Positions 37,362-48,664 of a stretch of 64,000 nt of DNA are shown one piece after another (the stretch's first letter is position 1; the number at the start of each line of letters is the position of its first letter). The position numbers were made by a program, and so were the translations under genes. The notes beneath the pieces were generated by a model. It was not told where the DNA came from. It saw only the letters and a program-made list of their open reading frames with translations, and did not search any database. Source of the stretch: a virus (taxonomy: Duplodnaviria > Caudoviricetes); the IMG/VR virus record IMGVR_UViG_3300020450_001133, one strand, 5' to 3'.

Positions 37362-40300
37362 TTACATCATATTTACTAATACTTCAATAACACCTTCGCC
37401 ACTGTCTATCTCACCAATTGCTTTACCAATTATTCTTCCTGGACCTGCGTTATTGTCTGCTTTAGCATGACCTTTAACACTAGAAGCAACCATTAAGTCA
37501 CCCTTAGCAACTGGACCAACTACTTTACAAGGAACCCTTCCTGTTAAAGCAACATATTGTCCTTCTGCGTCTGCGTTCATCATGTATGCTGGATCTGTAC
37601 TAACAACTCCTGCGACTCTGTGGTCTAATTCTTCTTCACATGCTGTAACTTCTGCTTCGCCGCCAAATACAAGAACTGTACCTGCTTCGTATTCTGCATC
37701 ACTTTCGTATTTCTCAGCCAAATCCGCATATCTTGCCGCTGTTGCTGTACCTACAAAGAATGAAGCATGTACGTTAGCACTTGTTGTAACATTACCTGTC
37801 ATGTTTACCATTGAACCAGTGTATGCTGTTATTCTTGCATCTGCTCTACCATTTGTGTAATATAAGTTACTTGAACCTTCTGATAAGTTATCAGTGTCAA
37901 ATGCACCCATATTTACAGCAACGTCATCAGCATTTACAGTAATACCTGTACCTGCTCCAATGTTTAATGTAACTGCACCTGAAGTGCCGCCACCTGTTAA
38001 ACCTGATCCTGCTGTAACACCTTCAATGTCACCTGCGTCATTTGTGAAACTAATTACACCAGTTGAACTGTTATAACTTAGGTCTCCACTGGCACTAATT
38101 GCCGCTCTTGCTCTTGCAGTTGTGTGGAATAAGTTTGTTGATCCTTCAGTAATATCATCTGAATCTCCACTTAGTTCACTAAGTGCATCTGCTGTGTCAA
38201 CTTGTGCATCAACGTATGCTTTTACTGATTGCTGTGAAGGAACATGAGTTGCACTATTAGATGCCATATTATCTTCATCTTTAATAGCCGCTTGTACTCT
38301 TGCATCTGCTCTAGCATTTGTGTAGTATAAGTTACTTCCTTCTGAAAGGTCACCTGTATCTGCCGCCGCTAGTTTTGTATCAAATCTACCATCTGCTCTT
38401 GCGTTAGTAAAGTAAAGTGCATCGCCTTCATCTATATCAGTTGTTGTTAGTGCTTCTGAAATAACTATTGTGCCTGCACCGTCATTATAAGTTACACTTA
38501 AATTACCTGTAGCAGACATAATAGCACCAACTCTATCGTCTACTCTTTCGTTTGTAAAGTATAAGTTACTTGAACCTTCTGTAATTTCGTCTGTATTGTC
38601 TTTTGTTGCAAGTTGAGCCGCCACAAAAGCCTTAACTGATTGCTGTGATGGTACATGTGTAGCACTATCACTTGTCATATCATCTTCGTCTTTAATTGCG
38701 TTTGCAATTCTGGCATCTGCTCTTGCGTTAGTAAAGTAAAGGTTAGTTGAACCTTCTGCTAAATCATCTGTATCAGTTGCTAGTGGATAATATGTTGATC
38801 CATCGTTTGTGAATTGCCATACATCTGAAGTTTCGTTCCATTGTAAAAATACATCTGAACTACTTCCTCTGTTTACTTGTAAACCTGCATTCTCACTTGG
38901 AGTACCACTGGCATCTCTGTTCAATTCAATAATATTGTCTGCCAAACTTGCTGTTGTTGTATTAATAATGGTTTGTGTACCATTAACTGTTAAATTTCCT
39001 GTAACGACAACGTCATTACTAAATGTTTTATCTCCGCCAACAGTTTGTGCTCCTGAAGTTACAACAACTGTACTGTCTACAGAAAGTGCTCCACTTGATG
39101 CACTTAAACCAGTACCAGCAAATGCTGTTGCCAAGTCTGCTATGCTTTCTTTTTTGGAACTGTTGTCACTAGCATCAATAATTGCTATGCTGTCTGCACT
39201 TACATCTACTGTCGCGGCTGATAATTCGTTAAGGTCTAGTGCTAATGAAACTGCACCACTTGAACCACCACCTGAAAGTCCATCGCCGGCTGTAACACTT
39301 TCTATGTCACCTGCGTCATTTGTAAATGATATTACACCAGTTGATGAATTATAACTTAAATCTCCACCGGCACTAATTGCCGCTCTGGCTCTTGCAGTTG
39401 TGTGGAATAAGTTTGTTGAGCCTTCTGTGATATCATCTGAATCACCACTTAATTCGCTTAATGCATCTTTTGTGGCTACTTGGGCATCAACGTATGCCTT
39501 TGATGCCGCATCTTGTGCCGCAACTGGATCTGTTACGTTGTTAATATGATTACTGTTCAAGTTGATGTTTGACCCCATTGTCAAACCACCTGTACCTGTT
39601 AATACTTGTCCACTATCTACTGTAATACCTGATTGTAAATTAATTACACCAGTACCACTTGCGTTTAATTCTATGTCACCTGAACCTGAAGTAACAATTC
39701 CTACGTTTTGGTTTGCGTTTGCACTAAATTGGATAGTACCTGAACTGTCACTTAATACTTGTTGTCCATTAACGTATAATGATCCTGGACCAATATATAC
39801 GTCTTTCCATACACTTGTTGCACTACCTAGTGAATGTGTATTGTTAGCCGCTGGTTCTAAGTTTGCTCCGAAACCTGTTCCACCTGCTGTTTTATCAAAA
39901 AATGCATCGTTTACTGCTAAACTAACTGCACCTGAACTACCACCGCCGGATAAACCATTACCTGCTGTAACGGCACTAATGTCACCTGTTTCTGAAATGC
40001 TTAATTGTCCTGAACTTGCTGATAAACCTGATCCTGCTATTGCACTTACAAAGTCTGCAATAGACTCTTTCTTACTTGAATTATCTCCTGCATCGATAAT
40101 TGCTATGCTGTCTGCATCTACGGCTACTGTTGCCGCTGTTAATTCGTTTAAGTCTAAGGCTAAACTAACTGCTCCAGAAGTACCTCCGCCGGATAGTCCA
40201 TCACCTGCTGTTACACCTGTAATGTCTCCTGCTTCTAATTCTGAAAATTTCGCTAGCCTGTGTCCACCTGCTGTTGAACCATCGTGGACTCTTATGGTAT

Positions 40301-40394
40301 CTAAATCTGTATCAACGGTAATCTCACCTACTAGTCCTGTGAATGAACTGTGTTGGCTAGTTGTACCTCTTCTCCATTGGATTGCTGTTGCCAT
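37362..40394 (-). CDS. tail fibre/appendage protein, 1010 aa
   Basis: N-terminal IQWRRGTT...GEITVDTD...IRVHDGST (Mtd_N-like); EGSxNLYxT and VTAGxGLxGGG repeats; C-terminal YADLAEKY...VALTGRVPCKV chaperone-like domain. Confidence 0.8.
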   Translation of the reverse strand: MATAIQWRRGTTSQHSSFTGLVGEITVDTDLDTIRVHDGSTAGGHRLAKFSELEAGDITGVTAGDGLSGGGTSGAVSLALDLNELTAATVAVDADSIAIIDAGDNSSKKESIADFVSAIAGSGLSASSGQLSISETGDISAVTAGNGLSGGGSSGAVSLAVNDAFFDKTAGGTGFGANLEPAANNTHSLGSATSVWKDVYIGPGSLYVNGQQVLSDSSGTIQFSANANQNVGIVTSGSGDIELNASGTGVINLQSGITVDSGQVLTGTGGLTMGSNINLNSNHINNVTDPVAAQDAASKAYVDAQVATKDALSELSGDSDDITEGSTNLFHTTARARAAISAGGDLSYNSSTGVISFTNDAGDIESVTAGDGLSGGGSSGAVSLALDLNELSAATVDVSADSIAIIDASDNSSKKESIADLATAFAGTGLSASSGALSVDSTVVVTSGAQTVGGDKTFSNDVVVTGNLTVNGTQTIINTTTASLADNIIELNRDASGTPSENAGLQVNRGSSSDVFLQWNETSDVWQFTNDGSTYYPLATDTDDLAEGSTNLYFTNARADARIANAIKDEDDMTSDSATHVPSQQSVKAFVAAQLATKDNTDEITEGSSNLYFTNERVDDRVGAIMSATGNLSVTYNDGAGTIVISEALTTTDIDEGDALYFTNARADGRFDTKLAAADTGDLSEGSNLYYTNARADARVQAAIKDEDNMASNSATHVPSQQSVKAYVDAQVDTADALSELSGDSDDITEGSTNLFHTTARARAAISASGDLSYNSSTGVISFTNDAGDIEGVTAGSGLTGGGTSGAVTLNIGAGTGITVNADDVAVNMGAFDTDNLSEGSSNLYYTNGRADARITAYTGSMVNMTGNVTTSANVHASFFVGTATAARYADLAEKYESDAEYEAGTVLVFGGEAEVTACEEELDHRVAGVVSTDPAYMMNADAEGQYVALTGRVPCKVVGPVAKGDLMVASSVKGHAKADNNAGPGRIIGKAIGEIDSGEGVIEVLVNMM

Positions 40395-40497
40395 TGTTGT
40401 CTCTTCCTATATAGTTTGTCTACATTTATTGTAGTCTATACTCACGTCTGAGCATAGTCAAAAGGATTACCTTTTATATAAGAGTATTTATCTAGAT

Positions 40498-43400
40498 TTA
40501 CTTAATTAAGGCTTCTACAACACCGGAACTGGTTGTTAGGTTTTCGCTTATTGCTACACCTATTGCACTTGCACCAGCATGGTATCCATTGAATGGAGCC
40601 GCTTGAGCATGTCCTGGAGTATTACTTGCAATCAGTACATCACCTTTTCTAACAGCACCTACAACTTTAACAGGAACACGACCTTTAAGTGCAACTGCTA
40701 CTACATTGTCGCCTTCTAATGCTGAGTTCATTAAGTGTGCTGGTTCTGTACTAACAACACCTGCTATTGCTGGACTGTTTTGTTTTGTTACTTCTGTAAC
40801 TTCAGCACTTCCGCCTATAACAAGAACTGTACCAGGCTCATAAGGTTTGTCTGCCAAATAGTTCTCAGCCAAGTCAGCATATTGAGCCGATGTTGCTGTT
40901 GCTGTTATAACATTTGCCGCAAAGTTACCTGAGCCATCTCTAACTACGGCTCTGTTTGCAAAGTTACCAGTTGTAAATATTGTTGTGTCTGATAAGTCAA
41001 CTGCTACATCATCTGCGTTAGCAGTAATACCATCGCCACCTATAACATTTAGTGTAACTGCTCCTGAATTTCCACCACCTGTCATACCTGAACCAGCAGT
41101 AACACTTTCTATATCACCTGCATCGTTAGTGAAACTAATTACACCTGTTGAACTGTTATAACTTATGTCGCCACTTGCACTAAACAATCCACGTATTTGT
41201 GCATCGGATCTTTCTGTAAAGGATAATACACCTGTTCCACTATTATAAGAAAGGTCACCACTTGTACTAATTAATCCTCTAACATCTGAATTTGCAAGTT
41301 CTATATCGTTTGCATTTACAGTAATACCATATCCGCCTACTGCATTAAGAGTAACTGCACCTGAAGAACCACCTCCAGTTAAACCTGCTCCTGCAGTAAC
41401 ACTTTCTATATCACCTGCATCATTTGTAAAAGATATAACACCTGTTGAACTATTATAACTTAGGTCTCCACTTACACTAATTGCACTTCTGGCTCTAGCA
41501 TTTGTGAAGTATTGATTTGTACCTTCTGCTAAATCGCTTGTGCTTGTTGGTACTGGGAAATATGTACTTCCATCATTTGTGAACTGCCATATATCTGAAC
41601 CTTCATTGTATCTAAATAATACATTTGTAGATGTTCCTCTTTCAACTTCGATACCTGCGTTTTGTGATGGTGTACCTGATTCATTATTGTTAAGAATAAT
41701 TATATTATCATCTACTGTTAAAGTTTCAGTATTTAAAATTGTTTGTGTTCCGTTTACAGTAATATTACCAGAGAATATTGCGTCATCACTAAATGTTTTA
41801 CCACCTGCAATAGTTTGTGCGCCAGTTGTTCTTACAACTGTATTGTCTACATCAATAGTACCACTACTAAAGTCTATACCATCACCGCCTGAAATGTATG
41901 ACTCTACTCTGGCATTTGTAAAGTATAAGTTATCGCCTTCTGTAATATCTGTTGTGGTTAATGCTTCGCTAACTGTGATAGTGTCTGCGGCATCATCATA
42001 TGTTACACTAATGTTACCTGAACCAGACATAATTGAACCAATTTTATCTGCCGCTCTTTCATCTGTATAATATAAATTTGTGCCTTCTGCTAAATCACTT
42101 GTTGTTTTACTTGCTAATGATAGGTTACCTGCTGTAACTCCAAGTAATTCTGAATCAACGTATGCTTTAATACTTTGTTGAGTTGCGGCATGAGTCGCAC
42201 TATCTGACGCCATGTTGTCTTCATCTTTGAAGTCTATTGCAATATCATTTGCATTAACTGTCATACCTGTACCAGCAACAACATTTAGTGTTACATCGCC
42301 TGATGTACCACCACCTGTTAGACCAGCACCTGAAACAACACCAGTTACATCACCTGTTAAGTCATTGTCAATTACAAATGTTCCTGCGGCATCATCATAT
42401 GTTACAGTTATGTTTGAACCACCTGATACTAATACATTTACTCTATCATCTACTGCTTCAGCAAAGTCGCTAACCTGAGATGCTGTAATGTTTATTGAAG
42501 TGTTTGCCGCACCAGTTATTTGTCCTTGTGCGTTAATAGTTAATGCAGGAACTTTATTAGCATCGCCATATACACCTGCTGTAACACCTGTGTTAGTGAT
42601 TGCTATGTCATTTGCGTTAGCAGTGATACCTGTTCCGCCAACTACATCTAAAGTAACGTCTCCTGAAGAACCGCCTCCAGTTAAACCTGCTCCTGCAGTT
42701 ACACCTGTAACGTCACCTATATTATCTGCATCAATTGTGAGTGTGCCAGCCGCATCGTTATAAGTTGCGGTTATGTTTGCGCCTCCTACTATTAATGCAC
42801 CTACTCTATCATCTACACGTTCGTCTGTGTAGAATAAATTTGTTCCTTCTGTAATATGATCCGATGTACTCGGAACACTAATTACACCTGTACCGCTGTT
42901 GTATCCTTGGCTTCCTGCACTTACACTAAACAGACCTCTAATGTCTGCGTTACTTGTTTCTATTACTGCTACATTGGCAGTTGTGTTAGCAATTCTGCTA
43001 ACTGTAATTCCGTAATTACCTTTTAATCCTGCTGGGAAGAAAGTACTTCCTGCTTGAGTCATTAAGTTGGCATCTGATCCAACGTCTGCACTACCTAAAT
43101 CGATTGTGTTTACTGTTGCGTCAACTAATGTTTTAACAACACCTGCTTCAACACCTTTAAATTGATTTGAAGCAACATCATAAAAAATTGTTCCGTTTGC
43201 GTGGAATGTATCACTTGCTTTATTACCTATTGTGATAGCACCATCAACTGTTAATCTTTCAATTAAGGCATCACCTGCCGAAGTTGATGTACTTGTTACA
43301 GTGAAAACATCTGCACCTGCATTAGAAGTAACAGTTTGTCCACTGATATATGTTGCAATATCTCCACCTACAAATAGTACTGAATCTTCAAATGTTACCC

Positions 43401-45609
43401 TACTTGCTCTAGGTTCTGCAATCGTAATTGTGTTTGCACTTACTAATGCGTTTACAGTTCCATTAAAACTGTCTGCATTTCTAGTTGATACATCACTGCT
43501 GTGAGCAAACATAAACAAGTTTGCACTTGCAATACCAAATCCTGAACCTGTACCACCAAAGAATGTTGGTGTGTCTGGAGTGCCTTTATGGAATACAGTT
43601 GTTACAGCCGAACTCCATAACTGTCCTGCACCTACGTTTGCATCTGGTAAGAAAGAAACATTACTAAAGAAGTTTACGTCACCTGAACCTAATCTTGAAC
43701 CTTGCTGATTTGTGTGTACACTATCACCGGCTTCATTTGCTCTTCTACCTTGACTGAAACTGGTAGTACCTGTAAATGTGATGTTACCATCTCTCTTCTG
43801 GAAGTCTCCTGTTGGGTTAGGATCAGTAAAGTTGTTCAAAGAAGCATTTGCAGTTGTTGTTGTACCATTAAATGAACTAGGTACTGTAAAAGTATTGTTG
43901 TCTACTTTTGTTACTGTAAATGTTCCATGTGCATTTGAATCACCCATATTGCTAATGGTGACTGTGTCTCCATCAATTAATCTGTGACCAGTTGCTGTGA
44001 CTGTTGATGTACTACCATTACCAACCATGTTGCCAGTAATTTTACCACTGACTTGTTGTTGTCCTTGAAGTAATACTGCAAATCCATCATCATCATATGT
44101 TTGAGTTTGCAAATAAATGTTTGCAAGTCCTTGATGTTGGAAAGATATAACTTGTGAATTTGAACTAGCATTACCACCTAATGATGATGAATTACTATCT
44201 ACAACAGAACCGTTTGCTAATTTAACACGTGGTAAAATACTACCATCTGTTTCTATTGTGAATGTTTTATCTACTTTATTGTTATCTGTATAACTTTTTA
44301 AATTAGTATTAGCAGTTACAATATTGGCTTCCGCCGCGGCAACTGATGCCACTAAAGTATTTGCAACTGTTGTATTGTTGTTTAATGAATCTGTTATTTC
44401 TCTTAAAGTATCTAACTGCGATGGTGCACCGCCAATTAAATCTGTTAATTCTGTTTGCACATAAGCCGTTGTAGCAATCTTTGTACTATTATCATTTGCG
44501 GATTGTGTTTTTGCGACAGCATCTATTCCTGTCATATCAACATTACCTGAGAACACATAATCTGCAGTTAGTGTATCATTTCTATCTGTTGTAACAACAT
44601 CGGCTGTTACATCTATAACACCATTTGCTTCTGTAACGTATGTGCCACTTGTAATATATGTGCTTATGTTTGCATTAAAGTCTGAAACTTGGTCAGATGT
44701 AATTACAATTTGAACTGTGTTAGCATCTGTTAATTGACCTTGTTGATTTACAACAAATGAACTTACCTTACTTGCATTACCACCATAAGCACCTGCTGTA
44801 ACGGCTGTATCATCTATATCGATTGTTCCGCTTGTTTCTGTTAATCCTGTTCCGCCTGTTATATAAGAACTAATGGCGGCATTAAAGTCTGTAACTTGCG
44901 AGTGGGGTATAGCAATCATTACAGAGTTTGCATCTATTAATCTACCTTTTGAGTCTACATTGTATGTTGCAACTGCTGTGGCATTTCCTTGAGCACCAGC
45001 ACTTACAGTAGTATCTACTAAATCTATTGTAATGTCTGAACCGTCATCTGTTCCTTGACTTGCAACAATAATGTTACTGTTGCTTAAACCTTGTGCTGAT
45101 TTAACGTATGCACCTTGTGTATGATAATCTAATATTACTGCATTTGCATTTATGTTTGCCGCAAAACTGTCAGTAAAAGGACCTTCAAAACTTACACTAC
45201 CTGTAAGGTCTCCGTCTAATGTTAAGTTTACATTGCCTGTGAATTTTTGTGCTGAAGTGGCAATACCTACAAAGTAAGGACCAGTAACATTTCCTGTTGT
45301 TGTTAATGTTCCTTCAATATTTGAGTTTGCATTTAATAAAATATTATTGGTATTTGTTGCATCACCAATAGTCAAGTTTGCACTATTATAACTTATTCTT
45401 GCGTTGCTTGTCTGTGAGTTTAATTGTAGATAAGAACTATCAACATCGCTGTCACTATTAATCACATAGCCGTCAGCATCATTAACTGTGACTGTGTCGT
45501 TTAAAAATGTAGTGGTACCATATCCTAGAATATTACCACGGACCGTTAAATTTCCTTGTATGTCAAGGTTTCCGTCTGGTCTGAAATTCGATTTGTTGTT
45601 TGTTGCCAT
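40498..45609 (-). CDS. long tail fibre/appendage protein, 1703 aa
   Basis: Thr/Ser/Gly/Asn-rich; same repeat units and homologous C-terminal YADLAENY...VALKGRVPVKV domain. Confidence 0.8.
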   Translation of the reverse strand: MATNNKSNFRPDGNLDIQGNLTVRGNILGYGTTTFLNDTVTVNDADGYVINSDSDVDSSYLQLNSQTSNARISYNSANLTIGDATNTNNILLNANSNIEGTLTTTGNVTGPYFVGIATSAQKFTGNVNLTLDGDLTGSVSFEGPFTDSFAANINANAVILDYHTQGAYVKSAQGLSNSNIIVASQGTDDGSDITIDLVDTTVSAGAQGNATAVATYNVDSKGRLIDANSVMIAIPHSQVTDFNAAISSYITGGTGLTETSGTIDIDDTAVTAGAYGGNASKVSSFVVNQQGQLTDANTVQIVITSDQVSDFNANISTYITSGTYVTEANGVIDVTADVVTTDRNDTLTADYVFSGNVDMTGIDAVAKTQSANDNSTKIATTAYVQTELTDLIGGAPSQLDTLREITDSLNNNTTVANTLVASVAAAEANIVTANTNLKSYTDNNKVDKTFTIETDGSILPRVKLANGSVVDSNSSSLGGNASSNSQVISFQHQGLANIYLQTQTYDDDGFAVLLQGQQQVSGKITGNMVGNGSTSTVTATGHRLIDGDTVTISNMGDSNAHGTFTVTKVDNNTFTVPSSFNGTTTTANASLNNFTDPNPTGDFQKRDGNITFTGTTSFSQGRRANEAGDSVHTNQQGSRLGSGDVNFFSNVSFLPDANVGAGQLWSSAVTTVFHKGTPDTPTFFGGTGSGFGIASANLFMFAHSSDVSTRNADSFNGTVNALVSANTITIAEPRASRVTFEDSVLFVGGDIATYISGQTVTSNAGADVFTVTSTSTSAGDALIERLTVDGAITIGNKASDTFHANGTIFYDVASNQFKGVEAGVVKTLVDATVNTIDLGSADVGSDANLMTQAGSTFFPAGLKGNYGITVSRIANTTANVAVIETSNADIRGLFSVSAGSQGYNSGTGVISVPSTSDHITEGTNLFYTDERVDDRVGALIVGGANITATYNDAAGTLTIDADNIGDVTGVTAGAGLTGGGSSGDVTLDVVGGTGITANANDIAITNTGVTAGVYGDANKVPALTINAQGQITGAANTSINITASQVSDFAEAVDDRVNVLVSGGSNITVTYDDAAGTFVIDNDLTGDVTGVVSGAGLTGGGTSGDVTLNVVAGTGMTVNANDIAIDFKDEDNMASDSATHAATQQSIKAYVDSELLGVTAGNLSLASKTTSDLAEGTNLYYTDERAADKIGSIMSGSGNISVTYDDAADTITVSEALTTTDITEGDNLYFTNARVESYISGGDGIDFSSGTIDVDNTVVRTTGAQTIAGGKTFSDDAIFSGNITVNGTQTILNTETLTVDDNIIILNNNESGTPSQNAGIEVERGTSTNVLFRYNEGSDIWQFTNDGSTYFPVPTSTSDLAEGTNQYFTNARARSAISVSGDLSYNSSTGVISFTNDAGDIESVTAGAGLTGGGSSGAVTLNAVGGYGITVNANDIELANSDVRGLISTSGDLSYNSGTGVLSFTERSDAQIRGLFSASGDISYNSSTGVISFTNDAGDIESVTAGSGMTGGGNSGAVTLNVIGGDGITANADDVAVDLSDTTIFTTGNFANRAVVRDGSGNFAANVITATATSAQYADLAENYLADKPYEPGTVLVIGGSAEVTEVTKQNSPAIAGVVSTEPAHLMNSALEGDNVVAVALKGRVPVKVVGAVRKGDVLIASNTPGHAQAAPFNGYHAGASAIGVAISENLTTSSGVVEALIK

Positions 45610-45665
45610 CTATTATCTCACATTAGCATTGTATTAGTTGTATTTATCTTTTTGATGCAAAAGTC

Positions 45666-45698
45666 AAAAAAAAGCACCTCCCGAAGGAAGTGCTTTTT
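45666..45698 (-). terminator. intrinsic terminator after the major capsid gene
   Basis: AAAAAAAAGCACCTCC-CGAA-GGAAGTGCTTTTT. Confidence 0.85.
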
Positions 45699-45737
45699 AA
45701 AGTTATTTGCGTTCGCAAATAAGAATTAAATTAATTC

Positions 45738-46877
45738 TTACTGGAATGCTACGTTTGACAATGTTATTGCGTCAACGTAGTCAGCCGCGTTACCCAATGA
45801 ACTTGCAGTATTTGTAAGTTCGATGTAACCATATCTTGTCATAAATGACACGACAGGTTCAAATGTAGCAGGGTCCATAACTGGGCCTGTGCTCATTAGT
45901 GGGATATACGGACAGTAGAACGCAGGTGCGTCAGTTTCGCTTGAACCTTTGTATCCAACTAAAACTTTTGTTCCGTCAGCCGCATAACTGTCAACAAATA
46001 CTTTGATAGATCCGTTAAGGACACCAGCAAGTTTTGTGTTAGTAGGTGCTTCGAAAGAACCTTCTGTTGTTCTAGCGAATGTTGAAGTTGATGCACTTTG
46101 TAATATTGTCAATGCTTCTGGAGAAACAACGATGTAGTTACCTGCACCTCTTCTTGTTCTAGCCGCGATTCTGTTCGCCGCTCTGTTAATTTCAATAGCC
46201 AATACCGCGTGTCTGTCACCAACGTATGTTTGTGTACCAGATACTGCGTTAAAGTCTAAAGTTGTACCAGAACCTGCAAGACTTCTTAGTGAACCGATAA
46301 TTTCTTGGTCGATTTCAACTACGATTTCTTGTGCAAGTGCCTGCATAATTTCTGCTTCAACATCAAGACCATGCATAGATTCGGCATCTTGAGCTGACTC
46401 AAATGTCCATCTAGCACTTAAACGTCTTGTTTTTGCTTCAACAGTTTGCTTTAAGATTTGGATGCTTAGTTTCTTACCAGCAGTTCCTTCTGAAGCCGCT
46501 GTGGCGTCAGGTGAACCTGCGTAAGATGTAGCAATCTTAAATGGTGAAAGTGCTTCATCACCAGGATTAACTCCTGTTGCACTCTCGGCATACCTTGTTC
46601 TCAAAGTATGTATTTGTCCTACTGGACCAGTCATTGGCTGAACACCAACTAATTCGTTAGCAATAACTGAAGGCATAACCCTTCTAATTAAAGGTAACAT
46701 TACTTTGTTTAATGTAGCAACGTTGCCAGCCTGAGTTGCACCACTAGATGCTGATTCTTGAAGATGTCTTTTAGTATTTTCAAGAACAACGTCTAATGAA
46801 CTTTTTCTTGAACCGTTAAGTCCTTCTAAAAGTGCGTCCTTGGTTGCTGACCAATTGCTTTCAAATAATTCTGCCAT
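45738..46877 (-). CDS. major capsid protein (gp23-like)
   Basis: LIRRVMPSVIANELVGVQPMTGPVG, VEAKTRRLSARWT, AFYCPYIPL, FMTRYG. Confidence 0.96.
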   Translation of the reverse strand: MAELFESNWSATKDALLEGLNGSRKSSLDVVLENTKRHLQESASSGATQAGNVATLNKVMLPLIRRVMPSVIANELVGVQPMTGPVGQIHTLRTRYAESATGVNPGDEALSPFKIATSYAGSPDATAASEGTAGKKLSIQILKQTVEAKTRRLSARWTFESAQDAESMHGLDVEAEIMQALAQEIVVEIDQEIIGSLRSLAGSGTTLDFNAVSGTQTYVGDRHAVLAIEINRAANRIAARTRRGAGNYIVVSPEALTILQSASTSTFARTTEGSFEAPTNTKLAGVLNGSIKVFVDSYAADGTKVLVGYKGSSETDAPAFYCPYIPLMSTGPVMDPATFEPVVSFMTRYGYIELTNTASSLGNAADYVDAITLSNVAFQ

Positions 46878-46887
46878 TTCTTATCTC

Positions 46888-47994
46888 CTAATTTGAAAGT
46901 CCGGCTAATTTACGGATAGCATCAATTTCGACGATATCCTGTCCATCTTCAGTTGAAGGCTGAACATCTTTGTCACCAGTGTGTTCTGATGTCACTGATT
47001 CCGTTAATGGTTTACGATCCTCTTTAGGTGCTTCGCCGTCTAAAACACTTGGCAAGTATTTGTTAAATTGCTTTTCAAGGTTTTCTGTTTTAACACTTTC
47101 AAGAAGGTCAACCATAATTTCTTTTTTGCCTTTTGCTAAAGGTTTTAGCAATTCGTCAAGTTGTTCTTTACGAGCATACTTGTCTTCTGCTATTCTCAAC
47201 TTGCTTTCTGTAAGTTTAGTTGCTTCTGCTTTTGCTTCTGCATCTGCTTTACTTTCTGCAAGTTCCCTTTTAACATCGGCGATTGTTTTTTCTAGTTCTT
47301 TAACATCTGAACTCTCGTTTAAGTAACTTGAACGATATTCATTTGCAAAAGATTCGAATATTCTTCGACCAAAGTCATTTTCTCTGGCGGCTGTGATGTC
47401 ATCTTTAAACTGTTGTACGTTGTCAGACACAACTCTATTAACAACAGCCTCGACTTTGTCAGCGGCACGTTTAATGAAGTCTGCTTTAGATTCAGCAAGT
47501 TGTTTCTTACCTTCTCTAACCATTTTCACTTTTTGCTCAACTAATGCTGTTTTGTCCTCGTGGAATTCTTTAATTTCTCCAGCAAGTGACTCAACAACAA
47601 AGTTATCAAGTTTTTCTACGTGTGCTTGAACATTTGCACGTTCTCCACGTAACTCTTTAACTTCTTTAGCAAGTTGTTCAGCAATGAAACTTTCCAATTT
47701 CTTCGCATGTTCACTAACAGCTCTTTTGTAAGCAACTCTTTCTTCAGCGACTTTTTGTTTATCTTCAGCAAGTTCTTGCATTTCTGCTTCGATTCTTTCT
47801 TTGATAAACCCATCAACTGCTTCAACAATAAGACCTTTGTCATGCTCATATCTTTGAGCAAACTCTTCTCTTAATTCTGCTGTAAGTTCCTCACGGGCTT
47901 CGGATAGACGACTTTCCCAGGCCTCAACGATTTGACCTTGTGTTTCTTCGGTCAATTCGGTAGACTTGATTAGGTCTTCAAATTTTTCTGCCAT
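46888..47994 (-). CDS. prohead scaffold protein (gp22-like)
   Basis: Glu/Lys-rich coiled coil between protease and capsid genes; ends IDAIRKLAGLSN. Confidence 0.85.
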   Translation of the reverse strand: MAEKFEDLIKSTELTEETQGQIVEAWESRLSEAREELTAELREEFAQRYEHDKGLIVEAVDGFIKERIEAEMQELAEDKQKVAEERVAYKRAVSEHAKKLESFIAEQLAKEVKELRGERANVQAHVEKLDNFVVESLAGEIKEFHEDKTALVEQKVKMVREGKKQLAESKADFIKRAADKVEAVVNRVVSDNVQQFKDDITAARENDFGRRIFESFANEYRSSYLNESSDVKELEKTIADVKRELAESKADAEAKAEATKLTESKLRIAEDKYARKEQLDELLKPLAKGKKEIMVDLLESVKTENLEKQFNKYLPSVLDGEAPKEDRKPLTESVTSEHTGDKDVQPSTEDGQDIVEIDAIRKLAGLSN

Positions 47995-48003
47995 AGTAGT
48001 CTC

Positions 48004-48633
48004 CTACCTCAATTTTAATTCATTGATAAAATCAATGATACTTTTATCCAGATGCTTTTTTGCACCTGAGGTTTTATCGTGTGTATAGTCTTTGGCAATA
48101 TCATGTATCATGCTACCGCCTCTCATGTTAAACAAAGACTCATAAATGGTCTTTGGATAGGCATCTGGGGCCGAAGGTTGTGCAACAATATCTACAGTAA
48201 CAATATCAAAATCAGACACACGACCTGATTCATTTACGTTACCACTTCCTCTACTGCTGACACCTAATTTTGCTCCTGCTTTTAATAATGCTCTTGCAAT
48301 ATTCCCCATTGGTGTGTCTATAACTTTTAATTTACCCATTCCGTTTGCGTCATTACACATCATTTCTGTTATGATATGACTCACACGGTCTAAGTTAATT
48401 TGAAGTTCTTCTGGATGGTCTAATTCGCCCATCACAGTTTCACCGTTGTTTAGTCTGGAAGTTACATTCTCAACGGCACGTTTAATCTCATCCTTTGGAT
48501 ATACTCGTCCATTTTGGTTCTTTACATCACCTTGAATGAATAATCCTTGCATGTATAAGTCTTTTCCATCGTTAGATTCCATTAACTGGATCTGACTTTG
48601 TTCTGGACTCATGTATTCATATAACTTACGCAC
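48004..48633 (-). CDS. prohead protease (gp21-like)
   Basis: NQNGRVY, GELDHP (catalytic His), LGVSSRGSG (catalytic Ser), DIVAQPSAP. Confidence 0.95.
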   Translation of the reverse strand: MRKLYEYMSPEQSQIQLMESNDGKDLYMQGLFIQGDVKNQNGRVYPKDEIKRAVENVTSRLNNGETVMGELDHPEELQINLDRVSHIITEMMCNDANGMGKLKVIDTPMGNIARALLKAGAKLGVSSRGSGNVNESGRVSDFDIVTVDIVAQPSAPDAYPKTIYESLFNMRGGSMIHDIAKDYTHDKTSGAKKHLDKSIIDFINELKLR

Positions 48634-48664
48634 CGCTTCTCCTGTAAAATCTTAACTTCAAGCC

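Noticed and set aside
37362-40394. Diversity-generating retroelement suggested by the Mtd_N-like N-terminus and internal repeats
   Set aside because: No reverse transcriptase and no adenine-specific TR/VR pair seen in the window; the repeats are in-frame protein modules.
37319-45698. Repeated AAAAAAAAGCAC...GTGCTTTTT as CRISPR or mobile repeat
   Set aside because: Only two copies, 8 kb apart, each at a gene 3' end: ordinary terminators. No repeat-spacer array was seen anywhere.
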